Assembly: GCA_016861205.1 (NCBI GenBank)
Contig: BOKX01000001.1
Location: forward strand, 988,758-1,052,757
From: Patescibacteria group bacterium
GTDB taxonomy: Bacteria; Patescibacteriota; Microgenomatia; UBA1400; PJMF01
Direction of reading: 5' to 3'
DNA: 64,000 nt
Below the pieces are notes generated by a model that had not been told where the DNA came from, searched no databases, and saw only the letters and a list, made by a program, of their open reading frames with translations. Shown here piece by piece: positions 16,854 to 25,257 of the stretch. Every line of letters starts with the position of its first letter. Within the stretch, counting starts at the first letter, position 1. A program made the translations under genes and the position numbers.

Positions 16854-17300
16854 GTGCTCTGTGGGAGATGCAAACTAAACAAAGATATCAATAATTTCTC
16901 GCTAAAGAACAGAGAAAAAGGTCGGTATCATAGTGTTTGCAAGGCATGTCATTCTGAGTATAGAAGGCAGCATTATCTGAGTCACAAAGCGAAGTATCTG
17001 ACGAAGGCGATGCATTGGAATAAACGACAAAAAGAAGTATTAATCCAATATCTCTTTCAAAAGTTGTCGAATTCAAAATGCGTAGATTGTGGTGAAAAAG
17101 ATATTTTGGTTTTGGATTTTGACCACATCAAGGAAAAAGAGTTTAACATCGCTGTGCTATTTAAAAAAAGATGTGCCATAAAAACTCTTGAGAAAGAGTT
17201 GAACAAGTGTGAAGTCCGATGTGCCAACTGTCATCGAAGAAAAACGGCTAAAGAAATTGGTTCTTGGAAGTACAAGATGATAAATGAAATAGGGGCGTAG
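16854..17300 (+). mobile_element. Free-standing HNH (homing-type) endonuclease with N-terminal Zn finger
   Basis: CGRC...CKAC; CVDCG...LDFDH...KCEVRCANCHRRKT. AT-rich relative to flanks. Stop codon lies inside tRNA-Trp. Confidence 0.88.
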
Positions 17301-17361
17301 GTTAACGGTAGACCTGATCTCTCCAAAAGATCTAGTGAGGGTTCGACTCCTTCCGCCCCTG
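17291..17361 (+). tRNA. tRNA-Trp(CCA)
   Basis: AGGGGCG/CGCCCCT acceptor, GATCT-CTCCAAA-AGATC, GAGGG-TTCGACT-CCTTC, G73. Confidence 0.95.
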
Positions 17362-17464
17362 CAGCATTCTTGATGTCAAAAGCGCCAAGAATGTTCCTCA
17401 AACACGGTTCAACCTCTTTGCCTCCTTTACACTTCCCACAATTTTGATTACTTTGGTACTTAGT

Positions 17465-18736
17465 ATGAACGAAGGTCTTTCCCGTCGTGATCTGCTGAAG
17501 CTGGGAGCTGCCGCGGCTGGGGCTTATCTGGCCAGTCGATTTCTAAAAGAAAAGCCCGAGCCTGATTTGGAACAGGTAGATTTTGAGGGTCACGTTTTCT
17601 TGATAGACAAAGAGGGTATTCCTCACTCTTGTCGCACCAAAGAAGGAACTGAAATAACCTTTAACATAGGTGATCTCCGACGGGCTCAGACAGAAGCCAA
17701 AAATCTGAAAGCTGATCGAGTGGGGGAAACATTTGCGGCCCGCCAAGAAAAAGAAGTTCCCGCCGTTGGTGGTGTAGAGCGACCACTGACTACCGAGTTG
17801 CCTGATGATATTGTTCCCGCTGAAAAACTTCAGCAACAGTATGGGATTAAGATTGTGCAGAGTGACATCACCCAGCTGCACATCCGTGAGAGTGCTTTTG
17901 CGCAAGGTGGTTTGCTAGAAGAGTTTGCTCGGGGAGGCAGAGATCTGACTATAGCCCTGATTCAGGCCCCATTTCTTATTCGTAGATACTTTGCCAACGA
18001 GAAGTATCGTGACTTGCCAACTACCAACATTGAAGGTGGGGTGGTGGGTGATTTTGGCAAAGATTTACCCTCTGATCAATTTCCAACGCCAGCTCAGTAC
18101 GAGGAGCTGCGGCAACAAAAAATCTTGGCGTTAAAGAAAATTATTTTGCAAACACAAGACAAATCACAACTTCTTGAGTTACTGGCTGATATTCATGCCT
18201 ATGCGAGTGGCATTGTAACTGATGAAGATTTGCTCTACGAAAGTACGAACGGTAGGATGCTGGCAGCAGGATTGTATGATCAACAGTGGAGTGAAGAAGG
18301 CAGTAAAGATTATATCTTTTTGGCGGTTGATGATCGTTTGCCGCGAGACTTAATGGCGGTGTGTTTTGACAAAGATGGCAAGTTTTTTCCCAAAAAATAC
18401 ACGATGTTGGCGCTACAGAATGCCCGCGTTCGTCCGCCGCAACCATGGCAGTCGCACCCAGATGGTGCTCACGCGTATACATATGCGGCGGCTTCAGATC
18501 AGGAAGGAACCATTGGTTTTAACTTGCGTCATGAGCTGGGGCATGATCGGCTGCGGTTGGATAATTTGAGAGATAGCGAGCAGGGGATAAATGATCAAAC
18601 CAAGCAAAGATTGCAGGCAGACTGGCGTCAGTGGCAAGAGAGTGGTTTTGGACGAACTGACCAAAAAGGCGACGAAGTATATCCTTTTGTTTTTTCAATT
18701 CCACCAGCGTTGGGTGGGGGGTACATTTTAACTTAA
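17465..18736 (+). CDS. Twin-arginine-motif protein with HExxH (possible zinc metallopeptidase)
   Basis: LSRRDLLK followed by hydrophobic segment; LRHELGH. Confidence 0.6.
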   Translation: MNEGLSRRDLLKLGAAAAGAYLASRFLKEKPEPDLEQVDFEGHVFLIDKEGIPHSCRTKEGTEITFNIGDLRRAQTEAKNLKADRVGETFAARQEKEVPAVGGVERPLTTELPDDIVPAEKLQQQYGIKIVQSDITQLHIRESAFAQGGLLEEFARGGRDLTIALIQAPFLIRRYFANEKYRDLPTTNIEGGVVGDFGKDLPSDQFPTPAQYEELRQQKILALKKIILQTQDKSQLLELLADIHAYASGIVTDEDLLYESTNGRMLAAGLYDQQWSEEGSKDYIFLAVDDRLPRDLMAVCFDKDGKFFPKKYTMLALQNARVRPPQPWQSHPDGAHAYTYAAASDQEGTIGFNLRHELGHDRLRLDNLRDSEQGINDQTKQRLQADWRQWQESGFGRTDQKGDEVYPFVFSIPPALGGGYILT

Positions 18737-18803
18737 AGTATAAAAGAGGTTCTCATACTCGCCACCAGTCCCACTTTTCGAGATTGTTTGCTATCATGCA
18801 AAC

Positions 18804-19142
18804 ATGCTGATCACCCAAAGTCTGCCGTTTTCTTCAGATCAAATCAAGCAGCTGGCTGAGCAGTTTGAAGTGTATATCAAAACTGTGATCGATATCGATA
18901 AAAAAGTGTGCTCGGCCGGAATGGACCGACATTTTGAGGGTGAGCAAGTTTTGTTGCAACAAGGTTCCGAACAGAGAAATCTTTGGGGTGGGGGAATTGA
19001 CCTTGAAACGAAGGAAATTGACTTCAACTCATTTATAAATATTCGCCCTCGAGACAACAACACAAAAAATGAAATTCAGAGTGAAGAAATCAAGAAAAAG
19101 TATAAAGAACTAACAGAGTATTTTTTTAAGGAAATACTATGA
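18804..19142 (+). CDS. DUF5674-like protein
   Basis: IKTVIDI, HFEGEQVLL..GS.Q.NLWGG, SFINIRP. Confidence 0.7.
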   Translation: MLITQSLPFSSDQIKQLAEQFEVYIKTVIDIDKKVCSAGMDRHFEGEQVLLQQGSEQRNLWGGGIDLETKEIDFNSFINIRPRDNNTKNEIQSEEIKKKYKELTEYFFKEIL

Positions 19143-19417
19143 CGGACATCGTAATGCTGGCCGGTTCTCTCTCGAATGATTTGTTTCGAGTGGCTTCACT
19201 AGCTCAGCGAGGTGCAAATCAAGCGGCTAGTCGCTTTTTAATTGAGGCACAACGTTGGTCAAATGATTTAGCCAAAGTTGCCCCCCAACCGTACATCAAA
19301 AAAATTGCCCAGGATATTTCTTCAAGAACTCCAGAGGAAATATCAGAGGATGCCGCGGAAAAATATCTGATGTATGGTGTGTTGCTTCAAAATTTTTGTT
19401 TACACAACCAAAAGTAA
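19139..19417 (+). CDS. Small helical hypothetical protein coupled to DUF5674-like gene
   Basis: ATGA overlap; LSNDLFRVA...AEKYLMYGVLLQN. Confidence 0.7.
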   Translation: MTDIVMLAGSLSNDLFRVASLAQRGANQAASRFLIEAQRWSNDLAKVAPQPYIKKIAQDISSRTPEEISEDAAEKYLMYGVLLQNFCLHNQK

Positions 19418-19478
19418 AGTAGATCCCGTTAGTTTGCATGACAAAACAGTTTTATTGCGACAAAAAGAATGTGAGCAT

Positions 19479-19811
19479 ATGACGATCACCCATCTTTCCC
19501 AACTGCCTACCCAGCCAGTGTCCCACGATCCACATCTCTCCAAGCAAGTCATGATCGCGAATGGAGTTGTGCCGCATGTGACCAACTTTTCGCAAGCGGT
19601 CATTCCACCGAACGAAACAGTGACCACTCATCACCATCGGGACATGTGGGAAGTGTTTTTGGTGAGTGAAGGGGAGGGTAGCATCACCATTAATGGCACC
19701 GAACACACACTAACCAAAGGTACCTGTGTGGTGGTGGAACCGGGAGAAGAGCATAGCCTGGTGAACACCGGCAAGAGTGATTTAATCCTGACGTACTTTG
19801 GGGTGGTGTAG
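19479..19811 (+). CDS. Cupin domain protein
   Basis: HHHRDMWEVFLVSEGEG...PGEEHSLVN. Confidence 0.9.
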   Translation: MTITHLSQLPTQPVSHDPHLSKQVMIANGVVPHVTNFSQAVIPPNETVTTHHHRDMWEVFLVSEGEGSITINGTEHTLTKGTCVVVEPGEEHSLVNTGKSDLILTYFGVV

Positions 19812-19827
19812 CTGAACAGCAACCTGA

Positions 19828-20376
19828 CTAGTCAATCTTGCCACCACTGGCCCAGAGGTTGGTCTGGTCGGTCACGAGGTTTTTAGAACCTGAGCCGCCG
19901 TGATTCGCATAAAACTCAATGTAGTCACTCGATCCGTTGCAGTCGACCACGGCTGTGACAGAGGCGATTACACCATTCGTGCTAGCGCCTTCAGCGATCA
20001 TGACACTGTGGAGCTCGGAACCATTTTTGTAAATGGAGGCGATCACCGCGTTGCCACTGCCCACGCCACCACTGGCAAATCGAACAGCGCAGTTCACCAC
20101 ATATTTTCCAGCAACCGTGGGGGTGAAGCGGTAGTTACTGGTGTCAAAATTGCTGTTGGTATCAAATACTTCGGTGTTAAATTGAATTTTGGTTGGCGTT
20201 GAGGCGCTAATTGATTGGCCAGCGGTGCTGTACACAGAGAAGCTGGGTTTGGCGCCGGGTGATCCCCAAGCGGGGAGGCCGCTACTTACAACTAACTGGT
20301 CGCCATTGGATCCGATTGGCAACTTTGCCAGGTTTCCACTCGAGTCTCGGTAGTAGAGGTTTCCGGTATCTGTCAT
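19828..20376 (-). CDS. Phage tail-fibre-like protein with C1q-like domain
   Basis: GNLYY..GNLAKLPIGSNGDQLVVSSGLPAW fibre motif; FSVY...IQFNTEVFDTNSNFDTSNYRFTPTVAGKY...DYIEFY. Confidence 0.75.
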   Translation of the reverse strand: MTDTGNLYYRDSSGNLAKLPIGSNGDQLVVSSGLPAWGSPGAKPSFSVYSTAGQSISASTPTKIQFNTEVFDTNSNFDTSNYRFTPTVAGKYVVNCAVRFASGGVGSGNAVIASIYKNGSELHSVMIAEGASTNGVIASVTAVVDCNGSSDYIEFYANHGGSGSKNLVTDQTNLWASGGKID

Positions 20377-20485
20377 GTCTCAATTTTAGCCGGCGGCCAA
20401 AAAGGAAGGCAAGTGACAATAACTGGATCAGTCAGCCTTTGTTCGCTATGGACGTCTTTTGAGGTTGTTTGATAGAATCTCGGCC

Positions 20486-20749
20486 ATGCAACACTCAGAA
20501 GCCCTCCGTCTCATCAAAGAAACCTTTCCCAAGTATCCACCCACCAACGCCCTCGAAGCCAAGAATTTGTTGGCAAAGTATGACCGGGGCGAAGTCCAGT
20601 TTCCAGCAGATCGTCAAGCCGATCTGTATCTGGCCCTTCAACTGGTAGTCATCTCTGAGCAAGGTGCTCACGGTAATGACGCCAAGCGTGCAGATCGATC
20701 AGCTGGCGAGAAACGCCGCCAAAAACGCACCGGTTCTCGCCGGGGCTAG
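20486..20749 (+). CDS. Hypothetical protein
   Basis: ATG 20486, 7 nt after TAGAAT. Confidence 0.55.
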   Translation: MQHSEALRLIKETFPKYPPTNALEAKNLLAKYDRGEVQFPADRQADLYLALQLVVISEQGAHGNDAKRADRSAGEKRRQKRTGSRRG

Positions 20750-20761
20750 TGACACACCCCT

Positions 20762-21049
20762 ATGCCATTTGTTAATCCCGAACAATATGGGCACCATTCA
20801 CGAAGTGACCGTCAACCTGGGCATGAAGTGGTGACAGCTACCACGCAAAGGTATGTTGAAGAGGACGGCAGTGACGTAAGAGTCAATCGTGTCCGAGTGT
20901 ATGACCAGCATGGCAACTTAGTCCGAGTGTACCTACGAGACACTATGGGCGTACCATTTGCCGACGAGCCCCATCTGGCTGATGATGACGGCTATGTAAC
21001 CGCATTGATGTTGGTTAGCCAAGCCCCTCAAGTTATTTCTAATCTGTAG
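20762..21049 (+). CDS. Hypothetical protein
   Basis: 95-aa ORF in tandem with neighbours. Confidence 0.5.
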   Translation: MPFVNPEQYGHHSRSDRQPGHEVVTATTQRYVEEDGSDVRVNRVRVYDQHGNLVRVYLRDTMGVPFADEPHLADDDGYVTALMLVSQAPQVISNL

Positions 21050-21079
21050 CCCAGATCTTGTTTTTGATATCATTTCCGT

Positions 21080-21304
21080 ATGAAACCACCTTCTACCCAG
21101 TGGCAAGTTGTAATTGTGCTCATCATAGTTGCCTTAATCGGCGCAGTCGTTGTTGTGGGGGGACTAGGGATTGGTACACAGTCCCGTCCAGTTCCGCCGG
21201 GCCCAAAAGGAGAGGTTGGCTGCACACTCGAGGCCAGAATTTGTCCTGACGGGACCGCGGTTGGCCGCAGTGGTCCAAACTGTGAGTTCGCGCCTTGCCC
21301 ATGA
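21080..21304 (+). CDS. Small membrane-anchored protein with CPDG Cys motif
   Basis: TM segment followed by CTLEARICPDGTAVGRSGPNCEFAPCP. Confidence 0.8.
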   Translation: MKPPSTQWQVVIVLIIVALIGAVVVVGGLGIGTQSRPVPPGPKGEVGCTLEARICPDGTAVGRSGPNCEFAPCP

Positions 21305-21375
21305 TGGGGAGCTAACTAGTTCGATTCCATCCGCCTAATTGCATTTCTGGAGTAGGTGAGCTACAGTGGCGGCAT

Positions 21376-22047
21376 ATGACCAAACCCGTGGCCTTGTCCG
21401 TCCTGTTAGCAAGTAGTTTTGCTTTAATGGCTTGTGTGCCAGGCAAAAATGTGATAACTTCTTCGGTTACTCCCACTCCAGTAGCTTCAGCTCAGCCAAC
21501 AGGTGGCTTTAATTTTGCTGATATGGCTAGCCAAATTCGCGGTGGTCAAAGCTACCGATGCACTTTCACAGACAAAACTTCTGGTCAGGCTATGAACTAC
21601 AGTTTCAAAGGTCAAAAAGTTGCCATCATGATGGCTGGGGCCGGCATGCCTGAAGGTGTCAAAGCCATGAACATGATTGGTGACGGTGAGCTCATGTACA
21701 TCTGGGACCCCGCCACCAAAAAGGGTATGAAGATGACCGTGCCCAAAGTTACGCCCAGTCCCGTGGCAAGTGGCCAACCAGCCGCACCCGCCGTCCAAGC
21801 CCAGCCGACTGTGCCTGACCTTGATGACCTGCAAGCGTGGCAGAAGCTGCAGGCACAGTACACAGTGTCGTGTTTACCCGGCGGCGTGAATGACAGCGAG
21901 TTTGTACCACCCACTGATGTTGAGTTCCAAACCTTACCAACTATGATGGGGACAGGGGCAGCAGGGTCGTATCCAGCCGTGCCACCAGCTGCTGGCCAAG
22001 GTTCAGTGCCGGGGTATCCGGGGATGATGGCCAAACCGGCCAACTAG
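21376..22047 (+). CDS. Lipoprotein-like secreted protein
   Basis: Lipobox-like ALMAC, Pro-rich linkers, MIGDGELMYIWD..KGMKM, FVPPTDVEF. Confidence 0.7.
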   Translation: MTKPVALSVLLASSFALMACVPGKNVITSSVTPTPVASAQPTGGFNFADMASQIRGGQSYRCTFTDKTSGQAMNYSFKGQKVAIMMAGAGMPEGVKAMNMIGDGELMYIWDPATKKGMKMTVPKVTPSPVASGQPAAPAVQAQPTVPDLDDLQAWQKLQAQYTVSCLPGGVNDSEFVPPTDVEFQTLPTMMGTGAAGSYPAVPPAAGQGSVPGYPGMMAKPAN

Positions 22048-22096
22048 TCAGCCGCTCGGTGTGGTAGAAGTCATTTCAAAAAAAACTGACAAGTAG

Positions 22097-22867
22097 TTAG
22101 TTTTGGTCGCCCAAGGCTATGGCCAGAAGGTCAACTTTTTTGGCGCCGGTGATTAGCTCTGTTTCTCGATTTTGAGCTTGGGCTTCGTGAAAGATGTTAC
22201 GCGTCAATGAGCCATACACAAAAATGTTATCGACTTGTTCAGCCACGACGTCATCAGGCAAATGTGGAACTAAGGCACGAATCTGGTTGGCCATCTTTTG
22301 TTCAAGGGCGGCGTGAACAGCCTCTTTGAGGTACTCGATGATGTCTGGTAATGCACCATTGTTTTGAACCATGGTTTGCCGATCGATAACATAGGGAGCA
22401 TTTTTAATGATGCTGGGGTAATTTGTGGCCAGCCATGACACCAGTTGTGACATATCATTCTCAAATTGGTCGGGATTTTTACTGAGGTCAACTTTGAGCA
22501 AGTTGCGGGCTTTAAGCATAGCTATGACCAATGAATCAAAACTCAAGTTCATTTCCGGTCCAAAAAGCTCAAACAGTTCGTTAATGGCTTTATTGGCTGC
22601 TGCAAAGTTCAAGTTGTTCATTTGCAAAAGATCAAGCAACTCGCGTAGACCAGGGCTACGTACGTCGCGAAGTAAACCGCGACTCAAGGCGCTTACGATG
22701 TAGTTGGATAGCGCGTCTTGAAGTTGATAGATTTGTTCATCAGGCAACTGAGGTAGGAGTGGTTTTAAGTAGTCATAGATAGCAACGTAGTCTTTCGAGC
22801 TATGGCTTTCCAGCTCATCGAGTGCGGCATAAAACGACTTTTCGAGATCGGACAGTGGTTCATTCAT
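22097..22867 (-). CDS. Hypothetical helical protein
   Basis: 256-aa ORF; TATAAT 6 nt before ATG. Confidence 0.7.
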   Translation of the reverse strand: MNEPLSDLEKSFYAALDELESHSSKDYVAIYDYLKPLLPQLPDEQIYQLQDALSNYIVSALSRGLLRDVRSPGLRELLDLLQMNNLNFAAANKAINELFELFGPEMNLSFDSLVIAMLKARNLLKVDLSKNPDQFENDMSQLVSWLATNYPSIIKNAPYVIDRQTMVQNNGALPDIIEYLKEAVHAALEQKMANQIRALVPHLPDDVVAEQVDNIFVYGSLTRNIFHEAQAQNRETELITGAKKVDLLAIALGDQN

Positions 22868-22899
22868 ACGAGTATTATATCCCTGGAGCGAACTTTAGG

Positions 22900-23436
22900 C
22901 TAATCCACCTGGGCGGCCACATGTGGCAGCGACCGTTTTTGTCCGCCGACGTCGATTCCAAAACCATAAATGAAGGCGTCGCTGCTAATCACAAAGCCAA
23001 TGTTGGTGGCTTCAACCGGTACTTCTTGGGCTCCATTGCGTGCGAAGAGGCAAGCGATGCCGGCTATTTCCGCAAATCCTGCCACATTCAGCAATTCTGC
23101 GATAATCGCCTGCAATGTATGGCCAGTATCCAAAATGTCCTCAATGATAAAAGCTCGTTGACCAGCAAATTGATTGGGTTTAAATAATGTACTGATCTCG
23201 GGTTCACGCGATGAAGTGGTGGCATCATAACTGTGCGTTTTGATGGAAGTTTGTGGGAAGTCGTAGCCTAACTGACCCATAGCCTGAATAAGGGCAGCGG
23301 CAAACTGCATGGCGCCCTCCATCACAATTACCAAAACCACATTTTCAGGTGTGACAAGTGTGTCAATAATTTCGGTGGCAAGTTGTTTAATCCGTTCGGC
23401 GAGTTGCTCGGGTGTGTAGAGGATGGTTTCAATCAT
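22900..23436 (-). CDS. hpt: Hypoxanthine phosphoribosyltransferase family
   Basis: IIEDILDTGHTL PRPP motif, FIYGFGID, RSLPHV. Confidence 0.85.
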   Translation of the reverse strand: MIETILYTPEQLAERIKQLATEIIDTLVTPENVVLVIVMEGAMQFAAALIQAMGQLGYDFPQTSIKTHSYDATTSSREPEISTLFKPNQFAGQRAFIIEDILDTGHTLQAIIAELLNVAGFAEIAGIACLFARNGAQEVPVEATNIGFVISSDAFIYGFGIDVGGQKRSLPHVAAQVD

Positions 23437-23503
23437 GATCTCACAGTACGCTATATCGAGTCATGTTAAAATACGCACCAGCTAAGTAAGGATCAGCTAA
23501 ATC

Positions 23504-25210
23504 ATGGTTTTTGCAGAACTACCAGTCAATTCCGACTATTCGGAATTTCCGAATCAACCACAACAACTGATGCAGTATATGGTTGAGGGTTTGGTGCAGT
23601 GGTATCGGCGATACAACTTGAAGGTTGAGCATTTTCGTGATGTCAAACCAAGATTTATTGGCGAGTTAGAGCTTCAGCAAAAGCTCCGGACGAATCAGTT
23701 GCCGGCTGCTCATAATCCCAGTTTCGTTTACTTACTTAAAGATATTGTTTCCTATGTTGGTGACCAAGAATCGCTTGAAGCGTTGGCTGAGCGAATTTTA
23801 AAACCAAGTGATGAACTATTGGTAATGACAGCGATTGAGCGGTTGGTCGACAAAATTCCGCGTCCAAAGCGGTACCCAACAGACGATTTAGTATCGGAGT
23901 TAGCTGCTCGACTTGAGACTCGTTTGCCCCAAATCATCTTAGCTGGTTATGCGGATTTTATGGACCAGGCGGCAACCCGCCAAACTAAAATCGTGTCTGC
24001 TCTGCGGACAGAAATGATGGGATCAATTGGTCAGGCTGCAAGTGCATTTATTGATCTAGTTTCTGCCGAAGACCAAACCAATTTTTGGACTAACCATGAT
24101 GTGTCGTTAGCCCTGATTACTTTGCCAGAAGTGACGGGTCAGAACGATGAGTTGAGTTGGTCGCTGCGCGTTAATCCACAAGATGCTGCGAGCTGGTGGT
24201 GGCAAGCCGAACAACTGACCCAAGAAGATAATTTAACACTGTTGGATAAGTATCAGAAGTTGATGGAAGCTGAGCGGTTGAAGCCAGAGAACACACTTCG
24301 ATTGACAGGGGAGGCCGCCAGCGAGTTTAGTCAAAAGCTTTTGGATGACCCAGATTTACAGCCAATACTAGAATACTTGGTCATAAGCCAATGCTGGGAA
24401 ATTATGTGGGAGCGGTATCAGTCACTCTCATGGATTTTTCACCATGTGGCAAACAGCAACAACGAGCGAGTGCAGTTGGAAGTGCAAACGATGAACTTAG
24501 ACGTAGCAGTCAAAGGTTTTGAGTTGATTAAGTCTGCCACCCAGGAGGGCCGGCGTTTGCAGCTGGGGACAACCATGTTGTTCACAGCGGATCAAGTGAC
24601 CAGCCTGCGTTACCGACCGCTGGCAGTCGCCTTTGATGATACGCAAGAGATTCCCAAACCGCGGGCCCAGCAGCACCCACTTCAGGAGCGACTTGAACAA
24701 CCGTATGCGACGCATACAGTAGAACCACTACAGTTGTTTGAAGTTAGTTATGATGAGCAGCAACGAGTCGTTCGGTTTGAGTTGCCAGATCACCATCATA
24801 TAGTCTGGGTTAGGGTGACAGAGAATGGAATCATGGAGTACGCGGCTAACTCAGGAACAGATAGTAGTCAGTTGCAATTTTGCCGGCAACCGACTGCTTT
24901 TACTGCAGAGATGCGATATGTGGCGGATTTTTTCTCAAAAATGGCGATAACTGCTTATCAGCTTGATCCTATTGATTTTGAACAACACCATCGTGCGATC
25001 GACCGTAAGTATCGCCAGGTGCTAAAGCAATCTAGCCTGGAAAAATTCTTTGGAGTTCTGAACGTGAGCCAATTTGGCTCACTGTTCACTACCTACTTAC
25101 ATTTACACAATACAGTCATGTATCAGTTCTTTGTAACTGATCAACCAGGCAAGTTTAAACCGCTCAAAAATTTGGAACAACTTAAAGTTGTTGATCGTTC
25201 CCAAAACTAA
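23504..25210 (+). CDS. Large hypothetical protein
   Basis: 568-aa ORF, no recognisable motif. Confidence 0.75.
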   Translation: MVFAELPVNSDYSEFPNQPQQLMQYMVEGLVQWYRRYNLKVEHFRDVKPRFIGELELQQKLRTNQLPAAHNPSFVYLLKDIVSYVGDQESLEALAERILKPSDELLVMTAIERLVDKIPRPKRYPTDDLVSELAARLETRLPQIILAGYADFMDQAATRQTKIVSALRTEMMGSIGQAASAFIDLVSAEDQTNFWTNHDVSLALITLPEVTGQNDELSWSLRVNPQDAASWWWQAEQLTQEDNLTLLDKYQKLMEAERLKPENTLRLTGEAASEFSQKLLDDPDLQPILEYLVISQCWEIMWERYQSLSWIFHHVANSNNERVQLEVQTMNLDVAVKGFELIKSATQEGRRLQLGTTMLFTADQVTSLRYRPLAVAFDDTQEIPKPRAQQHPLQERLEQPYATHTVEPLQLFEVSYDEQQRVVRFELPDHHHIVWVRVTENGIMEYAANSGTDSSQLQFCRQPTAFTAEMRYVADFFSKMAITAYQLDPIDFEQHHRAIDRKYRQVLKQSSLEKFFGVLNVSQFGSLFTTYLHLHNTVMYQFFVTDQPGKFKPLKNLEQLKVVDRSQN

Positions 25211-25257
25211 GAACTGCGGCCGACAAACACGTAGCTCACCTGTATACTCGGCCTTGT

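Noticed and set aside
16778-17361. Group I intron-split tRNA-Trp with intron-encoded HNH
   Set aside because: The downstream tRNA is complete on its own, the upstream half cannot pair with its 3' half, and there is no room or motif for a ribozyme core.
17400-22100. Prophage or integrative island at tRNA-Trp
   Set aside because: No integrase, structural gene set or att duplication of the tRNA 3' end was seen; only isolated accessory genes.
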